In this document: positions 51,201 through 63,700 of the stretch, in pieces
How positions within the stretch are numbered: the stretch's first letter is position 1
Layout of the letters: every line of letters begins with the position of its first letter
Origin: Antedon mediterranea
Lineage: Eukaryota > Animalia > Echinodermata
Assembly: GCF_964355755.1 (NCBI RefSeq)
Contig: NC_092676.1
Location: 27,236,871 to 27,300,870, forward strand
Length of the DNA: 64,000 bases
Direction: 5' to 3'
Program-made: the position numbers and the translations under genes
Notes under the pieces: generated by a model
Seen by the model: the letters and a program-made list of their open reading frames with translations, nothing else
Database searches by the model: none
What the model was told of the DNA's origin: nothing

Positions 51201-54200
51201 GATATATTGCTCCCCTGAACAATTAAAACAAAAAAAAGAAAAACAAATGTATCCTATTAATATTTCGAAATCAAACTATAAAATCTGACCATGACACTTT
51301 CAATTTGTTCAAACCTGAATTCTTTCAAACCTCACCCAAAATAATGTTTATCTTTTACCTTGAATTTATCTTTTTTTTATGCACCTGATGATTGAGGAGA
51401 TATTTGTTTATCTGACTACAGTTTGTTGTGTTATAAATTTAAGTTTTAAGTAGCATCTTTATTTGAATATTCCTTTATTTATTGCACACTTTTCATAAAT
51501 GACCTGGTTTATGAATGTTCCATAATATATTAATAATCCAAAGGCAAATTTCTGGGAAAAAATGACAATGTTGTAGGGATATCAGTGGCTAGATCTCAAT
51601 GGTGATACTAATAAGAAGAAAAATGACAATGTTGTAGGGATATCAGTGGCTAGATCTCAATGGTGATACTAATAAGAAGAAAAATGACAATGTTGTAGGG
51701 ATATCAGTGACTAGATCTCAATGGTGATACTAATAAGAAGAAAAATGACAATGTTGTAGGGATATCAGTGGCTAGATCTCAATGGTGATACTAATAAGAA
51801 GAAAAATGACAATGTTGTAGGGATATCAGTGGCTAGATCTCAATGGTGATACTAATAAGAAGAAAAATGACAATGTTGTAGGGATATCAGTGGCTAGATC
51901 TCAATGGTGATACTAATAAGAAGAAAAATGACAATGTTGTAGGGATATCAGTGGCTAGATCTCAATGGTGATACTAATAAGAAGAAAAATGACAATGTTG
52001 TAGGGATATCAGTGACTAGATCTCAATGGCGATACTAATAAGAAGAAAAATGACAATGTTGTAGGGATATCAGTGGCTAGATCTCAATGGTGATACTAAT
52101 AAGAAGAAAAATGACAATGTTGTAGGGATATCAGTGGCTAGATCTCAATGGTGATACTAATAAGAAGAAAAATGACAATGTTGTAGGGATATCAGTGGCT
52201 AGATCTCAATGGTGATACTAATAAGAAGAAAAAAAACAAGCTATATAAAACATATTTTCGTGTACTTTCTCTGTAAAGTACGTTTTTTTTTTTTTTCTAA
52301 TAATTTTGCCTTTTACATTTATTTTATTTATTTATTTTATTTCTTCAAAACCAACAGCAACGAAAGTTGCCACTTAAAGGTATCAAACAGAAAACAGATA
52401 CAATAAATACTCTACATGAAGCAAACTTAAATGAATAAGTCAATAGAAAAAAAAAGCCTATTGAGCACGATTATTTAAAAACAAATGTCAATATATTATA
52501 GTTTGGCACAGAAAGTATTTTTCAAGAAAAAACAAAAATAGCCAGAAAGTGCTAAGCTATAGTAAAACATTGTTAATGTATAGGCCTGTATTTTTGTGTA
52601 ATTTTACTGTAAATTATGTTTTGTCTAATAATAATTTATTGAACATACACTTTTGTAACAGTGGTACATTTCAACGTGCGTTCTACAAAGAATGTTTACT
52701 AAAAACCAATGTCTAATAATTTTGCTTTTTCCACATTCAGAGATAAAGACAGAATAATTAAATCCCAAAACAGGAAGTGTAAAATGTGTGTAAATAAACA
52801 AAAGCTGAGTTTTCAAATCTGTAACAATTGTTTATTTGTTATGTAATAACAATAATTCCCTTTTAAGTTGTTAATTCCAAATAAGTTATTATGAACAGTG
52901 AATTGTTGCTTTCCTGTTGTGTTGATTAAAAAAACCAATAATTTAAGTATGTATTGAAATAATTTTAATTGTGGATCTCGGGAATTAAAACACCACTTTA
53001 TTCTAGACAATATTTACTGAGGATGAAACGGGAGAAATGTTAGATTTTTATTGTAAAAAATATTTAGTTTAAGGAAAGTGTTTTACTATGGTAAGCAGAA
53101 ACAATTTCAATTTGAAGTAAAACACATTGATTTCTAGATACTGATGAACTGTGTTTGTGTTGAAGATGAGGGCTAGTAAAATATACAGCTATGGCTATGT
53201 TCAGACGCATGGCGTTAGACCATAGTGTACGATTATTGTTACGGAAGTGCGTCATTCAGGTTGTTTCTAGTTCTGATTGGATACAACGTTGAATTACAGT
53301 AGTGTCGTACGCTAAAACGGTATTATCAACCGTTTTCCACTACAACGCTACAACCGTTGTACGACGCGTTGTACGCTAATCCCCAACTGTTCAGACACGC
53401 ATTCTTTTAGCGTCGTACGCTGAAAGAAACGGTCAACGCCATGGGTCTGAACAGGGCCTAACTAACCCGATGGGTTAACTAAACAATGAGTACTAGGCTG
53501 AAATATATAGGTAACTATCCCAGTGGGCTAGTAAACATTTAGCACTAGGCCAGGTACTACAATTAATTGTCCACATATAAAACATAGCGGGCTAGTAAAA
53601 TACATATCAAATGATGCGAGTGGGCTAAAAACATGACAAAACCTAAAACAATTCCCACATTTCAATAAGGATTTGCTGACAATTTGTTATTTTAAAAAGA
53701 TATTGACTGAATTCCAAGCAGATTTCAGGCCACACCTTGTAATAATAATAATTTATTATCAGTGGCACAATTCAAGTATGAAGAAATACTATTTACTGTA
53801 TATACATGTTATTTATTTATTATTCAACATTTTTTGTTTTGTTTTTGACGTTATCAAATTTTTATTTTCTTTTAAGTTCTGTTATTTGTTAATTTTGTAG
53901 TTTAAGTTAGTTAAGATAAAAGGTACCAAGCTTGATTAGCTTCGGCTATATCTTGGCTACCTTTTGTATTAAATTGTTTTTTGTTTGATACAATAAAGAA
54001 GATTATGTATCTTACATCACAAAGGTCACAAAAATAAGGCTTGTTTTGTAGATACAGTTTTGAAAATGTGTTTTCCATTACAAAACAATATTAATTTAGA
54101 GTACGAATATAAATAGACAGGTATACAATTTAATACATGCTAAAAGAGTAGTATTTGAGCTTCACTGACAATAGTAAACAGTGTGATTATAAACCTATTC

Positions 54201-54694
54201 AAGTACCACAGCAAATACTACGCCATATATAGTATTCATTCAATTGTTGATGGTGTAATTAATTTTTTTCTTTAAATAGAATTTAGTGTTGATATTTTGT
54301 GTTTAATGCAATAATGTGTTGCCATGGGAAATGTAATCAAATTTCATTTAAACACATGCATAAACATTAATTTAACTTTTAAAACATTTATTTATTCTTT
54401 AAAACATTTATTAATTTATTTTGTCAAAATCTTTAATAACGTTATACAAGAAAAATTACAAGAGAAAAAATTATAAGAGAAAATGAATATAATGGAAGAA
54501 CAATTGGTGTATCTCATTATAACTTTGTTTTGTTTTGTTTTATTTTGACTTAATTTGTGCTACTTAGTTTTGTTATTTTTGTATTTTATAAGTAATGATG
54601 GAGTAAGAGCAGTTTTCTGTTTGGGCTCATGCCTATTACTTGCTCCTGGCAAGATGAATTGTAAAATGTACTTTATGAACTTTTGCCGAATAAA

Positions 54695-54725
<31 letters not shown>

Positions 54726-57700
54726 AAGAGATGCTAGTTAGACATTATAGTGTACCAACCCTATTTTATTTAGAAAATACAAGAACATGATTACATGCAA
54801 TAGAAATGGGAGTTAAAATTGTATAAAACTTAATTTTAACATACAAACATATTAAGTTAAAATATTGAAAAATACATATACATGATATTTGTGCCTAAGA
54901 ATAAATGTATTATAAATCTTGGTTCTTGTGTATATAAAAAAGCTTTTTCTTTTCTATTTCCAATTATGGGTTGAGAAAGGTCAAATATTCTTTGTTAGCT
55001 TGTTGATAGTCTTTAAGATAAGGTAATAAAAAGTTATATGCATACTATATTATTTGCATACTCTTCACATATCAACATTTCAAGCGATTAATAATTTGAT
55101 GTCAAATGGAGGTCGCTTTTATTAAAAACTGACTATTGTAGAATATTGTTCTTATGATAAATTAAAATAAAAGTGCGATAAATTTGGACATTTGTACAAA
55201 AAAATAACCCAAATTTTATGCAAGAGCTACATTTTATTAACAGTATGCTTGAAAAGTGAATATGATCTGAAAATAAGATATTTAAAAAATATTATAATAA
55301 TAAATATCAACTATTTTATTTATTATTTATTTCTCATTTTAGAAAGCTATAGAGAGAGAAATTTTAGAGAGGATATTTGTTTAGAATTAAATATGTTAAA
55401 AACATAAGGCTTCATTGTTAATAGAAATTAACTATTTATTCCAGGCCATATGTAAGCTGATCTGAATTTAATTAAGCTAATTGTTAATGCAACCATATCA
55501 CATTCCAAGAAAGAAGTATGTATGTTCTTTATTAACTATTATGTAACCAAGGCTAGGCTTGCTCATTTGCATATGAATGGTGCAATCTGATTGGCCAGTG
55601 TAAGCTTACAATATCAGTCAACTTGAGCACAAGGGAGGCATTCAGTTGGTTGGTTTCATGTGAAGAGGTTCTAGTGTTGCAGATTAGGTATTTGCATTGG
55701 AATGTAGGCTAGGCCATGGCTGATAAGATAAGGCTTAGCACAGTACTACAGGGATTGTCACTTCAAAGGGCAACAGGTATTCCTAGGCCTGCAGTTGAAT
55801 TTAATTGTGTTTGCTTGCTTCTTATATTGTACACTTTCTGCTAGTGTTGGGCCTTGCTTGTTTAGTATAACTATAGCTAACTACTGTACCTTTTCAACTT
55901 TATTGAAGGCTTAGACATTTTGTATTTTTAACTTTCTTTAACTTGTTTTTTTGTAGCTTACTACAGTTCAGTAGATTGGGTGTGTGATTGGGTGTGGTAT
56001 TGTGTTGTGGTGTATATTTATTTATATATTTATAATACCTTATTCCTTTAATTCAATCACTTATATTTCCAACCTGTTCACAAGTAGTTTAAAACTAAGC
56101 AACAGGTATTTTTTCAAGCTAGACTGAAATCCTAGGACATTGCTCTTGTTTGCCTCGGGCTGTTATTCTTGGGTCAGGTCACAGCCTTGGTAATTACTGT
56201 TGAATGCTTAGCTTTTGAATAGCTAAAGAATGTAGTGATTTATAGCTACTTAAAACTACTTTAATTTCATGCCACTTTACTTTATAAGTTTTCCTTGGCT
56301 TGTATTTTTTTTCACTAGGTTCCCTCGTGTTACATTGGATAAATTTTGAACTGCAATAAAAGATATTTTATATAACTATGAAATGATCAATTTATTTATT
56401 TATTCATCAATTTAATTTACTCTTTCTTAGGTTACCCAAGGAATTTGAAGTTATCGCAAGTCGTATCCACCAACAAATCGGTCGTGAAGATGAAAGTTCT
56501 CGCAACTTCGTCGGCATATGGCACTCATTCGGACATGTTGTTCCGTATAGTTCTACTCGAGTTGCTGAATCGGCGCAGCGTCTTGGTGTACTCGTAAAGT
56601 GTATGGACCTACAGCATTTGTCGAGGAATCTGCACACCAGTTCAGGGAGGAAGGCATTCGATGCATGCGTGGCGTTTCTCATACAAGATCATGGCAGTAC
56701 ATTCAGCAAAGTGGTTGAATTGTTACAGAAAGTTGAGCAATTGAATCACAGCCAGATAAATGGTAAATAATAAACAATAACCAATATATCTTTATTAATA
56801 TCTTGCGTTTAGGAAATCATAAAAAGCTATCGTTCTCCTTAAAGCACAACACAAAAATGTGGGTAAAGGAATTAACTTGTTTATAAAGTTCATTTAAATT
56901 TCCCAAAGTTGTTTAACTCAACAAATTTTTATGACCCAATAAAGAAAGCTTCCATTTAACATTTCGATTTCAAACTTATTTTGCAGATGATGATATTCTT
57001 GATGAACTCGACCAATTAGAAGCGCACCTGGTAAACTTTTCTTTGTATGAAAGACCACCAGAAGCTATGGCAGTGGATATCCCTATGGAAGTGAAAAGAC
57101 CAGATATTACCGACATGCATGGTAGGATGGAAGCAATTGTGGAGCTGTTGCCAATTACTCAGCATCTTGTGAATATAGCTGAGCAGTATTTGCTGTGTGG
57201 TGTATTTGATGAGGTTATCACAGGTGTACCTGCTAAGTTAGTGTCTTTGATTTATGACTTTGGCCTTAAGATGCCTCTTGAGGGTTCCCTGTTACAGTTT
57301 CCTTGCCCTTGTTTTTCCCATTTACATACATATTGGTATGTGATTTACCTTTTTAAGCTGGGTCTACACTATCAAACTTTATGCGACAAAAAAAATGTGT
57401 TGATGTCGTATCACTACCATATTTGGGCACATTATACTTTTTGATAGTGTAGAAAGGGCTTAAAAATCATCTGGTATCGCCCTCAACACTAACTGTTCTC
57501 TGAATTATCCTGTTATTTAGCATTAACTATTCTTAAGATCATGCAATTGAAGAATTTTCGGAGTCTTTAACGCCATGGAAGCCATGCTCAACAAGTCCTG
57601 TCTATTGAGTTGCAGGTCATGATGGGTGCCAGTACTGAAATTTCTACCAAGTATTGCACTTTTCATGGCCTGTGACTTATAGGCCTCTCTTCTACCTACT

Positions 57701-60700
57701 AAATCTACTGCCACTGCTGCTAGTTCTGGAGGTCATGTCTTTTGCCAATACTAATTAGATAAGTATTGCACTGGACCTGGCCTTCAGAATTGTGGCTGCA
57801 ATCAACCAATGCTACAGTTATTCCGAGTGGTTTAAAGAATTAGGGCTGCAATCAACCAATGCTACAGTAATGCTGAGAGGTTTAAAGAATTAGAGCTACA
57901 ATCAACCAATGCTACAGTTATGCCGACTGGTTTAAAGAATTAGGGTTACAATCAACTGTTGCTAAGTACAGTTATGCTGAGTGGTCTTAAGAATTGAATT
58001 GCAGAGGGTGGAATACAGTGAACTGGCTAAGCAGTTCTTTAGGTCTTGAGGGGTGCAAATCTGCTGGTATTATAGCTCAGAATTGCACTTCTCCCGGCCT
58101 AGAGAATCCAGTCGTTGCATCAAATTCCACGGTAGCAGATTATTCATATGGAGTCATAGAAAAAAATCTATTGATAAAATAAAAACCTTGATCAATTCTT
58201 GAATCTGAACATGGTCATTGCTTGAAGTGCGCAATTTCTAACCATATTTATAACCACTTTATACCCTAAATATAATTTATTGTACTGTATATTTAGGTAT
58301 GATGGTGAACTCGAATGTCTACTAGACTACAATACTGAACCCGGCCTCGCCACACCAACCCAGCAAATGCTACTACAATACATGTGCACAACAGACCGAG
58401 ATTACAATCTACTTGCTCCAAGAATCTCGCAAGCCTACATGCACTTTACCCAGAATGCAATCTGGCAGGCATCTACCACCCAAGTTAATATGTGGTTGTC
58501 ATGGAGATTAGGGGAACATGAGGATGAAATGGCAGAGGAATTGTGGTTTAAAGTAAATATGGGGATTTTGTTAAAAATCCAATAAATTATAATTTACTTA
58601 TTTTTTGACTGCAGAAGAGGCAGAATGAGGGTTTTAAAATAATCCCCTTTTTAGTTTTGCCGACGGCTTTCATTGACTGCATAACTAGAATAAATATTTT
58701 GTTAAATTGATCCAATTTATACAACACTAGAAAAACTAAAACGAGAGCTACCCTTAATACTACAGTACCGTAAATCTTCAAATAATAACCCACTACTCTA
58801 ATAGTAACCTCCCTTCTAACAATAACCCCCTTCTAACAATAACCCATAGGGGTTACTATTCGAGTCACAAAATTATTGACAAAATGATTGGTTGTTTTTG
58901 ATGCACTAATATTTTGAAATAAGGAGATAATGCATGTTGATCTCGGGAGTGGGAGAAGATTAAGTGTTTTTGAGTTCAACCAAATTTGTTTATTCGTACA
59001 GTTTTATTATTTTGCTATGAGTTGCTGACCGAAAATGTTGGGTGTGTTACTATTTTCAGGTGCCTAATTTAAGATTAGTAATAGTAACCCACTACTCTAA
59101 TAGTACCACTTCTGATAGTAATTTCACCCAAAATTCACAAAAATACTTACAATGCAAATTAATCTCAAAATAATGAATTTTAGGGGAGAAGCCTTTTACA
59201 TTCACCAATCCTGTCTAGCTGCTTATTTAAATTACTTGGACCTGAAAAATTTACCAGTGCTGCCAACATGGCCGACAAATCAATTGGGACTGTATCTCTG
59301 TGGAAGTATCAAGAAAAGACTCAACAACTGACGACCATAAAGAGTCTGCTATGGGAGTGCTCTGGGATGATGTCTTCTGGTGAGAGACAGCAGAGGTAAC
59401 ATACTTATTGTGGCTTACAAATTATTGAAATGAAGCTCCACTTTCTCTGTTTAAAGATGTATTGTTCAAATCAACCAAAAACCCATTGACGTCCAGTCAA
59501 TTTTACTTATTTTTTTGCTTTAAATAGGTGAATAATTTGTTTTCGATCCAGTTTTTATTCAAAGCGAATACAGTAACTGTGTGACATTAAAGCCCCCTTC
59601 CCTACGTTTTTAAGATCTAATTTAAGATCACAAACTATATTTAATTTAAAAATAATACTATATGGTCCTATTGCGATAACTTTTTTCGTCTTTAAACGGT
59701 TAAAAATGTGAAATGGAAGACTCTTAACTTTTCAGCGAAATTACCGGGTTTTCCCCAATTTGTATCAACTGGTCTGGCAAAAATAGAAAGACAATTAATG
59801 CAGCAACTATACAACGTCAGGCTAGGTATATAGCTAGCGTATGATGTTCGTACGTTACCAATGTTTACCAGCTAGGCCTACAAAACTAAGCCTAGCTAGG
59901 CTAGGCCTAAGACCGTTGCGAGCTACTTAGGTAGTGCATAGTTTCTCACTTTTTATCATAATTTACCATAAAACGTACATTTAAGAAAAGGAATGACATG
60001 GTTTAATGTTTTTAAAGTGATATATATGTATTTTTTTCCAAAAAACGTCCAAAATTGCAGGGAAGGGGTCTTTAAAAATGGCATATTCAACAAAAATATC
60101 TTTAATTAAAAGTGATTACATAAAAAAAACCTAGGAAAAATGAAAAATTTGCTGGAAAAAAAACCCCGTTTTCCAATACTTAACATTGTCGGTGAATCCG
60201 TTTTGCTCGTTGGTTAACACGTGTAATTTCTTCCTATATTGTCGAAATCGCGAATCAATGGAATGGTTTTACAATAATAGTAAATATGACCTTGAAACTA
60301 AAAGTTAATAAAACAAACAATTTTACCAACTTTTTAATTACTGTATGTATACACAGTATATGCTGTATAATAAAAGAAGTGTGAATTCTAAACTTAGCTT
60401 TTGTCTTTTACTGTCATCAAGACGCAACAACAGAAAATGAAAAAAGATATGACAACAATGCTCCATAGTAAATATTGATTGCTTACAAAACCTACAGGAG
60501 TAACTAATATTGAATAAAAACTATAATATTCATCTGAACTTCAGAAACAATAAATTAGTAATTATTTTATTATAAACAATAAGTTAGTTGTGTGTGATTA
60601 ATTAGTTACTTAATTACCCACTGAATGTTATATAATGGTTTATTTTTATCAAGAAAACTAATCAAACCAGAAATAATGGTATACTTGTATTCTGTAATTT

Positions 60701-63700
60701 ATATTTTGTTGTTTATATTGTTTGTTAATTTTTCCTGATGAGGTTGTTAATAATAGGCTATTTTTAAACAATGGTGGTGGTATAACATTTTGAAGCTTCC
60801 TTTACATACATTGGACGAATAGACTGTTGTGACCCCTGACCCATACTATATTGGTTAAGCATGTAGCATCAATTTTATTTATTTTTATTTATTGAACCAT
60901 GTTTCATGAGGGTTGCCCATCCAGCAAAGCTAATCGTTGGGGCCTTCGACAATAAAATACAAACAGCACAAAAATATGTTATCTTAAAAAACTAATATAG
61001 AAATTAATAAAATTCAATAACTCAAATATTAAAATATAGAATTCAATATATACACAAAGGTTCAACAATGTATGTACAATTTCAAAATACAAGCAAAATT
61101 CAAAAAGAGACACAGGTTGGAAAACTAATTAAATTTAGGACATATATCTCCATAGTTAAGATATTGTTGAAGTAAAGTAGGATTAAAAGGACAGATGGCC
61201 AATAATTTCATTTTATTACCTTTGCTGTTTATCTGCCACAAAATATGTGTACATATTGCCATTTACTTTCAGTTCTGTTGCTCTACGATCATTCTCTCTC
61301 CACCTCTGTCACCTTCTCATTGCTCTGAGATCATTTGTGAAGGAGGAAGCAGTCGCAAAGTACCACCAACTCTTGGATGACGTCGCTGCGATTCCGTCGA
61401 CGCCAGATGATGAAAGATCATTCAAAGGATCTTTTGAAGATATTTTTAATACTGCAGAAGGAAGTCCAATGGTAAAACTTTACAGAAAAATTGATGGTAA
61501 ACTTCCGGAAAGGTGTCTTTCATTGATGTCAAAATGTTTGGACATTTTGTTGGAAATGTCTTCTGGAGTGGAGCCTCCAATGAAAGAGCGTGTAGCTGAA
61601 TGTTTGGTGAAGGCATGGCAACGTGGTTCTGGTTTTCTACATCTTGGAACATTGCAAACCAATCTTCTGTCGCCTTGTGGGCCAGTTGACCCTGCTGAGA
61701 AGCACACTGTGAAGCTAAATCATTTTAAAAAGGAGGTACTGTATATGAGTCATGTTCATTTTGAAAATACAAATTAAAATTGGTAGCATTTAAAACAACT
61801 GAACATTAGGAGTACCCAAATATATATTTTAAAACAATATTTGGATTTGTTTTATCTAGGCCTTAGATATTGAAAGAGAATTATATGTGAGAGGGCTGCA
61901 GGAGCAGTTAGCCACTGGTAAAACACTAGATGAGAGCAGTATAGACAGGCAGCATCCTAGGCTACGATTTCTCTACAAACGGTTAAACACTCTGCAACAG
62001 TTGATAGAGAAACTAGCTCAACACACAGCAGCAAGGCCTGAAAGGTCACAGGTTAGGTCACAGACCACTTTCCTTTTTAATTTGCTGAATTAAATCATAG
62101 TTGGATAATTAAAATGCTAAATCAAATTGTATTTAAATTAAACTGTTATTTCCAGGAAGCCTCAAGAAAAAAACTATAATTAATAATATTATATAATAAT
62201 AGTTTTCCCAGAATACAGAAGACAACCTGGTTATTTTGTGAACTGCACTATTTTTCGGTATATGTTGAGTGTAAACATAAAAATGGTCTTTTCTTGTAAA
62301 GAACTTTTAAACAATAGCAGCATGTAATTTGTCATCAAAGTGTCTTAATAATATCCTGGACCTTAGTTTGAGTAAAATATGTAATTTAAATACAGTATGA
62401 CGTTAATTATAATGTTCTTTTTTTCAGTTTAATGATCTAATACAAGAGATAAACCATTACAAGTCCAGTATTGGTTCAGAGCAGACTATAGAGGGCTTGC
62501 ATTCTGATCTTTGTACAGCTTTCCACAACAATTCAACCAACATTCATTCTTTGTTAAGACGAGGCAGAGCCTGGCTTCACTCACAGCATCAGTTTATTGC
62601 CAAGTTAGAAGACTCCTACCCCCTTTACAGAGACCTAATTCAACCGTTTTTAGCAGGTGTGGTGCATTTGGTATACGGGATGCAACTGATGGTTGAGACG
62701 GTGGAACGGCTGTACAGAAGACTATCACTAACAATGAATAATTATCTGGTAAATGAATTTGACCTCTGTTTGACTTCCTTTTTTTTTTTTCATTTCATTT
62801 ATTTCAATATCATTATCGCAGCCTTAGCTGAATTACAAAGATATTTACATTTTCTCAATATTAAAATTTGTATAAAAGTATAAAACCAATGATAATTATA
62901 TATAAAAAAGGAGGCAATTTACACAAGACGTCATTGTCAAAAAGCACAGCCCTAAGATGAGCCTGTCATGTGATATCAATTATTTTACGAGATTCTTGCA
63001 CTTCTCTAGTCACATCTATGGAAATCTAGGGAGATCACATGATCTAAAGATTGATCAAGACATTTTTATGTTCAAAGATCTGCTTGTAGCATCACTTGCA
63101 ATTTAGGAAATTGTCATATGCATTAATAAAATGATATATTATTTATTAGGACACCAACTGTTTGGAAACCTTACTGCAAAACCTAGCTTGTTTTCCTATG
63201 CCTACCAATATCTATCTAACCAGTTGTAGCAGGGCCGAATTCCTGTGTAAAGAAGCAACGATGCAGACATTACTGAGCCTAACCAGAGAAAGTAATGCAA
63301 AACACCTGATTGATACTCAGAGTGGCTATAAGAACAGGTATATTGTATGATGAGTCATTACCATCATGGATTGGGTAGTATGTAGTCCAAAGCCTAAATA
63401 ACATCCAGATTATTTCAACCTAAAAGATAAATCAAAAGATAATAGATGTTTTAGTTTGTCATTTTTTATTCTGCCTAATTTAAATATTTACAACTACCAT
63501 TATAAGTTCTTTTTCATAACCTTTCCTTACGTGCACTTAAATCTGTACTGTGGAACCAATGTCAATTGGGTATATATTATACATAACTGTACAAGTTAAA
63601 TCATTATTTATTCTATAGGTTATTGAAGATTATTCTGCTGCATCTTAAGAACCATACGCTTTCATCTGGTTATTTGTCGCCCTCTGTTATGGAGCTTCTT

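Noticed and set aside
51558-52228. CRISPR-like array
   Set aside because: Head-to-tail identical units with no unique spacers; eukaryotic intron.
63345-63412. ATGATGA C box in intron 59
   Set aside because: Only 9 nt from the donor, no CTGA box and no terminal stem.
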